Source: Diplonema japonicum
Lineage: Eukaryota > Protista > Euglenozoa: Diplonemea
Length of the DNA stretch: 64,000 nt
Reading direction: 5' to 3'
NCBI GenBank assembly: GCA_964019335.1
Contig: OZ025745.1
Location: 124,001-188,000 of the forward strand
The stretch's first letter is position 1, and each line of letters starts with the position of its first letter. The notes under the pieces were generated by a model. That model was not told the DNA's origin, searched no databases, and saw only the letters and a program-made list of their open reading frames with translations. This document shows, piece after piece, positions 21,842 to 30,753 of the stretch. The translations under genes and the position numbers were made by a program.

Positions 21842-24127
21842 TTGTTGTTGTTGCACCGGCCCTTGGGGCAGCAGTAGCGGGGTGGCCGGGTGCTGTGGGT
21901 CGACCTGCATCTGTCCCGTTGGTGTGCTAGCGGTGGATCTCGTGCCGGACTTCGAGACCTTCCCGCCCTTTTCCTCACCTCCTGCCGTCCTCTTCCGACT
22001 AGCACTGCTCGTCAACGCCACCGCCGCCAACTCGGCAAGCTGTTGTTCCACGTCCATCAAACGCATTTGCGTGCTCTCCTGCGCCTTCTGCATCCGAGTG
22101 ATCTTTGCCAGGGCCTCTCGTAGTGCCTGCGCCATCGCCTGCTGGTCCGCCTGCCTCCTCTCCTGCTCGAGTCGAAGCTTCGCCATCGTCTCCTCGTGTC
22201 GGCGGTCCTTTTCGGCGTACTCGGCCTCCTTGGGCTGCCACCACGAGTGGAACGATTGCTCGGCTCCCTCACTCCGCGTCGGTCGCTTGGCAGGTCGAGG
22301 TTGTGCGGCGGGCCGCAGGGGTGGGAAGTCGCTCGTCTTGTTCTTGGTCGCAGGTGGAGGGGGAGGCTTATGTGCTGGCTTCTTTGCCCCACCCTTGCTC
22401 CCCCACGTGGAGTGCTTCAGGAGGTCTCCTTCCGCACCGTGCGGCCGGATCAGCCACTGCTCGTCGCCGCTCTCGAACATGAGGCCTGGTGGATCAGCCT
22501 CCGACGCTACCAGCCATGTGCAGGTTTTTCTGCCACTCGCCAGTACGCGCACCGCTTGTGCTGCCCACCCGATCGCGCGCAGCCTCTGCTCCACCACCAG
22601 CCCCGGGACCTGCGTTCCCATCCCCTTGACCGTGAAGGGGGCCCCCTTGATCGGCACCGGACGGCGGTCCTTCACCTTCTTCGCGGTCCTGTTGTGGAGG
22701 AAGGCCACCATTTCTTCTAGTCGTTCTGCTTTCACGCGGATCCCGTACTCTCCCGTGCCCTTGCTCCATGCCACCCCCAGCCCGTCTGCCTGCTTTGCGA
22801 GGAGAGCGGCGTCAGTCGCCGAGGCGCCTTCGATCCACAGAACGGGAAATTTGCTCGTCGATTGGTGTGGGGGACGTACATAGACTCCACCGGTCCCACT
22901 GTGTCGGTACAGGGTCTCCAGGTCCGCTCGGGCAACTACCATGCACAGCTCGGCGCAGCCGTCCCTCTTCGATCCCGTCCTCGGCTCGACCCGCGCCGTG
23001 CACTTGCTCGCGGCCCAGCGAACGAGGTCCCTCCTTGCGTCGTGGTAGTCCTTCTTGGTCCTCTCCACCAAGTAGACCTCGGCAGCACAGCTCTCGACCG
23101 CGGGGACTACCACCGTCTTCTTGACCTGCTTCAGGGGTGCGCCGCCCTTCGCCGTCACCCACAGCCTGCGCACACACCTGCCCTTGCCGCCGTCGGTCGC
23201 CAGCACCACCTGCTCCAGTACTCCCGGCATCGTGGGGAGTTTGGCCCTGGACACCAAGGTGGGTCCTTCCTTGTCGTCTGCGTCCATCAGCCACAGGGAC
23301 GCCACCTTTTCCATACCTGCAGGGACGAGCAGGACCGATCTGTTCCTGCCCACCTGCGGCGTCCAGTCGCCGGAGAATGCCTCCCAGCCGTCACTCACCA
23401 GCACCGCGTCGTCTTTCGTCGTTGCCTCGTTGTCACCGTCCTCGGCGTCCTTCGTTTCCTTAGCCTTTCGGGCTGCTGCCGCTCTCCTCTTCGCGCTCTC
23501 GCTCAGGAAGGGCATGGGCACCTTCGGGTTGTTGTAGGTGCCTGCTGCCGGGAGCGTTGTGCCCTCACGCACCGACAGCGCCACGTAATGGGCGGCAGCG
23601 AACCCCAGGTATATGGTGCTCTCTACCGCGTTGCGCGAGGGGAAGGAGGTGCACAACAGCTCCCCGTCCTTCACCTGGTAGCAGGCCAGGTGGCGCCGGC
23701 ACACCACGCTGAGCGCGAGGAGCTGCAGGATGTCCCCCCACGCTCCGTCCTTCACTGCTTGCACATATTCCCCGTAGCGCTCGGGGGCATACAGCAGTGC
23801 ACTGTTGTCGGTTGATGCCAGGTGGCTAGCCACCAGCTCCCTCAAGGCCGATCCAGCAGAGGTGCCCTGATGGATCGCTACTGATGTCGCCTCGTAGAGG
23901 CAGTCCCCCTCCGTCTTGGAGAAGTCTCTGATCGAGAACCCTTCTCCCAGCTTCGCCTGAAGCTCCGCCTTCGCCTTGCCCACCTCGCTTCCCGTTCCCG
24001 TCCCGCGGCCGGAGCCTTCGCCGCTACCACCACCCCCCATGTGGCAGCGTTGCCCGGGGTTCAACCTCGAGGAGGTCGCTCCCACCGCGCTGGACGTCGA
24101 TGATAGTGTTGGTGTTGATGTTGCCAT
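21836..24127 (-). CDS. LINE ORF1 with N-terminal OTU-like cysteine protease domain and C-terminal coiled coil
   Basis: EGDCLYEA (Cys 23900-23902) ... LRELVASHL ... YVQAVKDGAWGDILQLLALS ... IYLGFAAAHYVAL (His 23588-23590) follows the OTU signature. Confidence 0.85.
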   Translation of the reverse strand: MATSTPTLSSTSSAVGATSSRLNPGQRCHMGGGGSGEGSGRGTGTGSEVGKAKAELQAKLGEGFSIRDFSKTEGDCLYEATSVAIHQGTSAGSALRELVASHLASTDNSALLYAPERYGEYVQAVKDGAWGDILQLLALSVVCRRHLACYQVKDGELLCTSFPSRNAVESTIYLGFAAAHYVALSVREGTTLPAAGTYNNPKVPMPFLSESAKRRAAAARKAKETKDAEDGDNEATTKDDAVLVSDGWEAFSGDWTPQVGRNRSVLLVPAGMEKVASLWLMDADDKEGPTLVSRAKLPTMPGVLEQVVLATDGGKGRCVRRLWVTAKGGAPLKQVKKTVVVPAVESCAAEVYLVERTKKDYHDARRDLVRWAASKCTARVEPRTGSKRDGCAELCMVVARADLETLYRHSGTGGVYVRPPHQSTSKFPVLWIEGASATDAALLAKQADGLGVAWSKGTGEYGIRVKAERLEEMVAFLHNRTAKKVKDRRPVPIKGAPFTVKGMGTQVPGLVVEQRLRAIGWAAQAVRVLASGRKTCTWLVASEADPPGLMFESGDEQWLIRPHGAEGDLLKHSTWGSKGGAKKPAHKPPPPPATKNKTSDFPPLRPAAQPRPAKRPTRSEGAEQSFHSWWQPKEAEYAEKDRRHEETMAKLRLEQERRQADQQAMAQALREALAKITRMQKAQESTQMRLMDVEQQLAELAAVALTSSASRKRTAGGEEKGGKVSKSGTRSTASTPTGQMQVDPQHPATPLLLPQGPVQQQQQ

Positions 24128-24158
24128 AATGTTTCTTTTAACCCAAATTCAGAACCCC
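24005..24158 (-). ncRNA. HDV-like self-cleaving ribozyme at the LINE 5' end, overlapping ORF1
   Basis: P1 GGGGTTC/GAACCCC; P2 GCGGT-G-GGAGC/GCTCC-G-GCCGC; P3 ACC/GGT; L3 TCCTCGA; GG-GCAA; P4 CGCTGCCAC/GTGGTAGCG; J4/2 GCGAA with catalytic-C equivalent at 24020. Confidence 0.88.
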
Positions 24159-25008
24159 TGAAAAAAAAAAAAAAAAAATGGCAGTGTTCAAAACTCCATT
24201 TTTTAATTTCCCCTTCCGGCCTCTCAGTGCAGGAAAAAGGACCAAAAGAAAAGGAGAAAAACTAACACAAGAAAAAAAAGGGGTAAAGTGCAATAATGTG
24301 AAGACCGGACAGGGGTGGTGGTGGCAGTGGAGGGAAAGGTACAAGAAACTTTACGTACCCCTTCCTTTTCTATTTCTTTTTTTTTTTATTTTGTGAACTC
24401 TCCCCTCCTTTGTTTATATTCTTCTCTTTCTATTTTTTTTTTTCTTCGATTTTCAAAACAAACAAGATAGAGTGTCAGGGCACGAAAAGAATGTTGGGAA
24501 CAAAAAAAGAAGAGAGAGAAAAAAAATGGGGCAAACCGGAGCACAGCCATTTTAAGTTTCCTCTCCCCCCCACTTTTTTTTCTTTGTTCCTCTTTGGCTT
24601 TCGCCTACAAAAAACAGGGGCCCAAAAGAAGGGCTTAACTGTTATTATTTCTTCTTTTCCGTCCAGAAAGATCTCCTGAAGAAAATAATTTAAAAAAAAA
24701 AAAATTCAAATTAACATGCAAGCCCCTAAGACGAAAGCCGCACGCCCTAAAAAAGGGAAGGGTAGGTCAATACTAGGTATCTCAGTTTCGGTCAAATCTC
24801 GCGACTCCGTCAGGTGCTGCCTCTTACGGCGAGAGGCACCCCTCAATAGCTCCTACCAGCGTCCCACAGGTTGGAGAGTACTTTTCCCGACCAAAAAAAA
24901 AATATATATATGTGTTAAAGGAAGTCTTTGTGAGACGCCCCCTTGTTCTCATCTTCTACCTGCAAAAAAGAAAGAAAAAGAACCTCGGTGATTCATGTAC
25001 TAGACTAG

Positions 25009-25094
25009 GTGGCGCCTTGCACAAGCAATGTCTACTTAATACAGGGGACGCACCTCGGCCGAGCTGTAGCTTTTTGATTCGTGCGGTGTGCAGC
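25009..25094 (-). repeat. Degenerate fragment of the 12561-12883 element
   Basis: ggcgccttgcacaagcaatgtctacttaatacaggggacgcacctcggccgagctgtagc aligns to 12590-12651. Confidence 0.7.
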
Positions 25095-25932
25095 AAAAAA
25101 AAAAAAAAAAAAAAAAAAAATCATTATGTACAAATCTCACGGATAAGACAAGATAACTCGTAAAGGAAAACAAAAAGAAGAGAAAAAAAAGTGTATTTAT
25201 ACCCCCCCCTTAACGGGGGGAGCGCTGAAGCTACAGTTAAAAATTATTTCCTCCGTTCATTTTCTTCTTCTTCTTCTTCTTCTTTACTCTTTTTTTTTTC
25301 AAACACTTAAAGGGGGGGGGGGGGGGGAGAGAGATAAGAGGAGCGCCTGCCTTTGTGGTACTCAGCAAATTTCTATCTCAAAAAGGTTTTTTTCTCTTTT
25401 TTTTTTTTTTTTGCACAGTCTGTTGACGCAGTATTGCAAGAGGGGGGGGGGGGGGGGGGGGAACAGAAAGAAAAAAAAAGAAGAAGAGTGAAAGGTAGCT
25501 GATAGCTGATCATCCTTGATAGGTTCCATTCTTTTTTTTTTAATTTTCTTTTGCTGGTGACTGACCGAAGAGGACCTCCCCCCCCTCCCCTGTAACGAGT
25601 GTGAACGAAATGGATCGTTAAAGAGGATTTTTAAATTCCATTCATCTTTTGGTGATGAAAACACAAAGTGGGGGAAAAAAAAAAAAACCGAACAACTGGG
25701 TCTATTTATCAGGCAGAAGGCTTTTTTTTTTTTTTTTTTTTTTTTCTTTCCAGTCAGTTCCTTGACTTTGTGCATGCTTAACCTGGGGACGAAAGGAAGG
25801 TCAGAAGAAAAAAAAAAAGAAAAAAAAAACCAAAAAAAACCCCCCGCCCCCCCCCCCCCCCCTTTTTTTTCCCCCGAAAGGACGAAAAAATGGACAATCA
25901 ATAATTTTTTTTTTTTTTTTTTTCTATACAAC

Positions 25933-26540
25933 TCAATACGCACTTGGAGATGACTGAGCCCTGGAGTGAGTCCTATATCGATTCTGTTGATCAGTACTGA
26001 GATGAGATTCAGAACGAAGCCGGCTGCTGATAGAGTCCCCGCGAGCCGAGCCCAGCCTACCAGTCCTACGTTCAGCCCGGGATCTATCAGACCCCCCCGA
26101 ATAGACTATCGAGGACGCAAGTTCTGAACCATTATCATCATAGGGGTCATCCAGGAGATCAGTGTCGTGTGATGAGACAGTTTTCTTCTTTCTCCGGGCG
26201 GAGTTTTGCCGGTCAATGACCGGGAGGGAATTATTTTTAATGACGCCAAATGTGGTCCCGTTGATCTCCACTTCCACGTGGGTTTCGGTGGTATGGCTGC
26301 ATACTGATGAATTTCTCTGCAGCCCACTGGGTGATACACTTCTGCTTGGCTTTCTTGAGCTATCCAATCTCCCCATGTCGAGAGACCGTCCTAATGGTAA
26401 TGGAGGCTTGCTTTCTCTGGACACCACAGATGGCGATGGGGCCCTCCTCCTACCGCCTTCCCCTGGCGATGGACTGCGCATAGTGTCGAACATGTTTCTT
26501 GGCGTGCTGCTTAATATTCTCTTCTTCCCTGATGGCGGGA

Positions 26541-26577
<37 letters not shown>

Positions 26578-27788
26578 GTATGTATACCCCTGACACTGGT
26601 CTTGACTCTGCCTGTTGTTTCTCCTTTACCCTCATGAGGTGCCCTTGCAGTTCCTGGAGGTTTCCCTGTTCGTATTTTATAGCTTTCTCCAGCAGCTCCG
26701 CCGCGCGGTTCAAATCCCGTGTTATACCGTCTGTTCCCTGCACAATAGTAATTTTTTTTTTTTTTTTTTTTTTTTTTTGATACCTTGTAGTAAGAAACCC
26801 ATATAAGCTTTCCAGCACGCGCGGCAACACGGGTGTTGGGGATGGAAATGCGGACAAAGGTACGGATAATCTCCTTTTTCTCAATCTCGTACTGGTCGGA
26901 CGGGATGGTCTTGGCGTCCCTATCAGAACGGAGCTTGCTGAGCAGCGAAACGGTGTAACGTAAGATACCAAGGGGATGGGAAGTCTTTGAAGCTGCAAGG
27001 CGGTAATTAGCCTCGGCATCCTTCCTCCCCAACGCATGTTGGTACTCGCAACATGCTAGCAGCGCACATGCAGAATTTGGGTTTTCCTTCAACCGCTCGG
27101 ACAACCATGATTCAGTGTGCTCCAACTGTTGAGGTGTGGCGTCGTTGACCGACTGTGGCCTCGACCATTCCCCGCCTCCTAGATTGTGCAACACAGCAAG
27201 CCCAAGAGAAACAACGACATAATCCATGCTTTGCTGTGTTTGTTGATCAAGCAAATCGCGAAACTTGTCGAAAGCAGCATCGTACTTCTCTTGATCAACT
27301 AGATCGTAAGCTGCGCTTATCTGGATATTTGCATCCTTCTTGACATTACTGTCCACAGGAGTATCTGCTGAGAATGTACCACCTGCAAGCGGGTTTTCAT
27401 CGGTAGTGCCTTGTTCTGATCGGGCAGTTTGTATTCTGATGGAAGGTATGTTCGCTAGGTGTCCTTCGCTGTCTGTTGAGTAATTAGATTGACGGGATTT
27501 TTTGCTGTCTGCTAGGGGATCGTCCTCTGTTGCAGTGATGTCGGGGCTTTGAGAGATGCTTGGCAGGATAGGGCTTGGTGTGGGGCTTGGTTCCGTAGTG
27601 CCCATTGTTCTTGCAGTGGGCGACGCGCTGGGTGTCAGCCGCACTGGTTTTCCTATCGTTGCCGCTCTCTTCTCGTTGACGGGGTAGTCCTTTCTGTTCC
27701 TGTTCTCGCCTTGCCTCAGTGTGTCGGCTTTCTTCACCGGCGGTGTGGTGTTGCTCGCCATGCTTTCTTTCCCACCACAGCAACCCAT
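25933..27788 (-). CDS. N-acylated (MGCC) Sel1/TPR-like repeat protein, paralog B, 3 exons (introns 26738-26783, 26542-26587)
   Basis: Start MGCCGGKE; SYYK|GTDGITRDLNRAAELLEKA after splicing; first intron at the same codon position as in paralog A. Confidence 0.75.
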
Positions 27789-27831
27789 TTTTTCCCCACC
27801 TCCCCCCCACTCCCCCCACCAACTTGCTGCT

Positions 27832-27865
<34 letters not shown>

Positions 27866-27907
27866 GAAAAAGAAAAAGAACGAAACAGAGCAAGGAAAAA
27901 AAAAAAG

Positions 27908-27944
<37 letters not shown>

Positions 27945-28250
27945 TAGGGGAGGAGGGGGTGGGGAATTTTCCTCTTTTTTTTTTTTCGAGAAAACAAAAA
28001 AAAAATAAGAAAGATATAACAAAAGGGGGGGAAGGGGGCAATGCAATTTTTTCTCCCTTCTGCTGCCCCACGTGGTGTGCCGTATAATGCCTGGTAAAAA
28101 TAAAGAAAAACCCCCCTTTCTTTTTTTTTTCTTTTTTTTTTCCCCCCTCGTTTGGATAAAAAAAACCACCCCCTCCCCCTTCCCCCACCAAAAAAAAAAA
28201 ATAGAGCGAATCAACGAATATATTATTTTCTTTTCTTTTTTTTTTTTTTT

Positions 28251-29717
28251 TCAACCACCGCTCCCGTATTCCTTAGCCCATTTTTCAAGTGCCACGATTT
28301 CAGTTTTGTTAGCAGACGGTTTGATGACCTCCATGGCACGTCGGAAATCCTTCACACAAATAGGCCGGATATCTGCAGAAGCCACTGACACGGCGCTTGA
28401 CCCAAGGTCACGGAGGGGGAACATGGCGGCCTCTCTTGCAAGAGAAGTAAGGTCCGAGAACGAGTAGCTTTCTGACAATCCCGCTACGCTTTGTATGTCG
28501 CTGGAGGACATTTTAAAACGAATTTTCCCGCTGTCTTTGTTGAGGAGGTAGCTGAGGTGCGCTGCACGAGATTGTTTGTTGGGCAGGGGGATCAAAACCC
28601 TCTTTGGAAACCTTCGCAAGTGTGCGGAATCTATGTCCTGGGGGCGGTTTGTAGCTGCAAGAACCAAAACCCTCTTGTCGGATGCGGTGGCAACCCCGTC
28701 CATCTGAACCAGGAACTCTGTCTTCAAGCGTCTCATAGCATCATGTTCCTCACCTCTTGTGGTTAGTAATGAGTCCACTTCATCAATGAAAACAACAGAG
28801 GGTGCAACCTCTTCCGCGCATGCAAATAGAACGCGGACCATTTTTTCCCCGTCTCCCAAAAATTTCGACACCAAGCTCCCCGCGGAAATGCTGAAAAACG
28901 TGGCCTTCCCCTCGCTGGCTACGGCCTTCGCCAGCATGGTCTTCCCGTTCCCGGGCGGGCCGAACAATAAGACGCCCTTCGGAGGCGCGCGGAGTCCTTC
29001 GAACAAGTCCGGCCGTAACATCGGAAACACAACAGTTTCCTTTAAATGCCCTTTGCTTGCTTCGCATCCTGTGATGTCATTCCACGTCGTGTTCAAGTCA
29101 GCAGGGTCGACCACGTCCTTGAGAATGGCATTGATATACTTCTCGTCGTGCTTTGCAAGAAGTTTCGCTGTCCCGCTGCATTTTTGCCGGGCTACTGGTT
29201 GCGGTTTAGTTTTCTCGTTGCTTAAGCTTCTTTTGAACGAGTTCGGCTCGGAACGACCGTGCAGGGTCTGATTCGGCTTTTTTACATCGTTACTTAAACT
29301 CCTTTTAAAGGACTGGAACAAAGACTTCGGAGCCGGTTTTGTTGTATCGCCGGGCAAGCTCTTCCTGAACGGAGGGGGCGCGGGGTCTTGCAGGGAAGGG
29401 AACGGTGCAGGTGCAGGTGCAGGTGCAGGCTTTTTCCGTTTCTGTTCGACGCTCTTATTCCCCGCCACCTCTACCTGCGCCACTACGGTGTCCGTCATTT
29501 TTTTAATCGATGTTTGGTATGCGATGGCCCAGTCGCCCCCTTGTTTATTCGCCACACCATAGGCAACGTCGTGGGCCTCTCCCAGAATGCTCAGACCCTT
29601 GCTGTAAGCGGTGATGGCTATGTCGTAGTCGGTTGCTTGCTCAGAGACGATGGCTCGTTTGAAATACTCCTTTGCAATAGATATATATTCGTCAAGTTTA
29701 TTGCGGTCGCTTGCCAT
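28251..29717 (-). CDS. SPAST: Spastin-like microtubule-severing AAA ATPase with N-terminal MIT domain
   Basis: LFGPPGNGKTMLAKA (Walker A), FIDEVD (Walker B), EHDAMRRLKTEFL, ATNRPQDID; 488 aa. Confidence 0.85.
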   Translation of the reverse strand: MASDRNKLDEYISIAKEYFKRAIVSEQATDYDIAITAYSKGLSILGEAHDVAYGVANKQGGDWAIAYQTSIKKMTDTVVAQVEVAGNKSVEQKRKKPAPAPAPAPFPSLQDPAPPPFRKSLPGDTTKPAPKSLFQSFKRSLSNDVKKPNQTLHGRSEPNSFKRSLSNEKTKPQPVARQKCSGTAKLLAKHDEKYINAILKDVVDPADLNTTWNDITGCEASKGHLKETVVFPMLRPDLFEGLRAPPKGVLLFGPPGNGKTMLAKAVASEGKATFFSISAGSLVSKFLGDGEKMVRVLFACAEEVAPSVVFIDEVDSLLTTRGEEHDAMRRLKTEFLVQMDGVATASDKRVLVLAATNRPQDIDSAHLRRFPKRVLIPLPNKQSRAAHLSYLLNKDSGKIRFKMSSSDIQSVAGLSESYSFSDLTSLAREAAMFPLRDLGSSAVSVASADIRPICVKDFRRAMEVIKPSANKTEIVALEKWAKEYGSGG

Positions 29718-29772
29718 TATGTTTGGAATGTCTTCCCTCTACCTTGGTGTTTTTATTTAAAAAAAAAAAAAA

Positions 29773-30295
29773 CTATTCTGTTAACTGAATCGTCCAATAC
29801 TACCTATAGGCGGTCTTGCAACGACCACCACAGCCATCGCCAACGTGCCAAAAAATGGGCTAAACTCGCACACTGGTGTGAGCTTCAAGGGAGCTAAACG
29901 TTTCAGACATGGCGTGCCACACCCATAGGCCTCACGACCGGGGAGGGGGGCATTTATCTTTCGCCCGTAAGCTAGAGTGCGCATGCATCCCCAGCTCGCT
30001 TTGGGAGGTGTTGCCAACACCTGGGTCGCTTCGCGGTCCGACCTGCTGCCCAATTCAAAGCGCGGTTGCGGTGAATCCAAGCCCCCTAAGCATCGACACG
30101 ATTAACAAAGGGGTTTGTTACGCCGGGATATCTTGTTCACCAATGCTCCATACGCCCCCTGTTGCCAGTTCGCCGGATGAGCATACTGCAGGGTCTTCCA
30201 CTCATCCGTTGCCCGGTGGGTACCACGAGGAGGTCAGCAACAATTCTATACTTTTGGCCACGTAGGGCCTGTTCTACATTTAGTATAGTCCCACC
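29773..30295 (-). mobile_element. Short non-coding retroposon (523 nt) headed by an HDV-like ribozyme
   Basis: No convincing ORF. Begins T17-CA|GG like the LINE and ends TTAACAGAATAG-T14 versus LINE TTAAAAGAATAG-T16. Confidence 0.7.
30159..30295 (-). ncRNA. HDV-like self-cleaving ribozyme
   Basis: P1 GGTGGG(A)/(A)CCCACC; J1/2 stem CTATACT/AGTATAG; P2 TTGTTGCTG/C(T)GGCAACAG; P3 ACC/GGT; L3 TCCTCGT; GG-GCAA; P4 CGGATGAG/CTCATCCG; GCGAA with catalytic-C equivalent at 30172. Confidence 0.85.
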
Positions 30296-30451
30296 TGAAA
30301 AAAAAAAAAAAAAACCAGGGAAAACAGGTGAAAAAAACCAATAAAAATGAGGGGAGGGGAGAGAGTGGGGACAAGGGGGGGGGGGGGGGGGGAGAAAAGA
30401 AAAAAATAGTGTACGTGGAAAGCATTTTTTTTTTTAAAAGAAAAGAACTTA

Positions 30452-30655
30452 CTAGACCCCCTTGACCTGCTCCGCAGGTGGAATGCATTGCATCACACAC
30501 CCGTGGTAGGTCTGTTTAACCACTGGTGGAGGGGGTGCCTTCTTTTTGTTCAACTTTGAGTAGTCAATCGGCCCACAAGACTCCTTGTAAATGTTGTCCT
30601 TCATGTCATCCTTCCCAAAGGTACTCATGCTGTGTAAAGTGTGGTTCTTGTACAT
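30452..30655 (-). CDS. 67-aa microprotein, copy 1
   Basis: Protein identical to 32699-32902; the 5 nucleotide differences I find are all synonymous. Confidence 0.75.
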   Translation of the reverse strand: MYKNHTLHSMSTFGKDDMKDNIYKESCGPIDYSKLNKKKAPPPPVVKQTYHGCVMQCIPPAEQVKGV

Positions 30656-30753
30656 TTTCTTTTTTTTTTTTTCCGGCTTGTTGTATAAGTGTAGAGACCT
30701 TTTTTTTTGTTTTTGTTGTTGTGTGCTTTTTTTTTTTTCTTTTTTTTTTTTAT

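Larger units (their letters stand above)
17655..24158 (-). mobile_element. Full-length, apparently intact non-LTR retrotransposon (ribozyme + OTU-ORF1 + APE/RT ORF2)
   Basis: GC-rich 6.5-kb block without long homopolymers; two open ORFs; 5' end at ribozyme G1 (24158) after T18-CA; 3' end ...TTAAAAGAATAG followed by T16. Confidence 0.93.

Noticed and set aside
17658-24141. 9-bp direct repeat TTCTTTTAA (17658-17666, 24133-24141) as the LINE target-site duplication
   Set aside because: The ribozyme P1 strand (24152-24158) lies outside it and pairs with internal sequence, so the element extends to 24158; the 3' copy also matches the end of the 29773 element.
24765-24845. Hammerhead-like string CTGACGGAGTC...GACCGAAAC on the minus strand
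   Set aside because: Core has extra bases and stem I cannot form; at most a decayed relic.
25060-25240. Short matches to the euglenozoan spliced leader (AAGCTACAG)
   Set aside because: Only ~11 nt, with no conserved GTACTTTATTG end or SL RNA gene structure.
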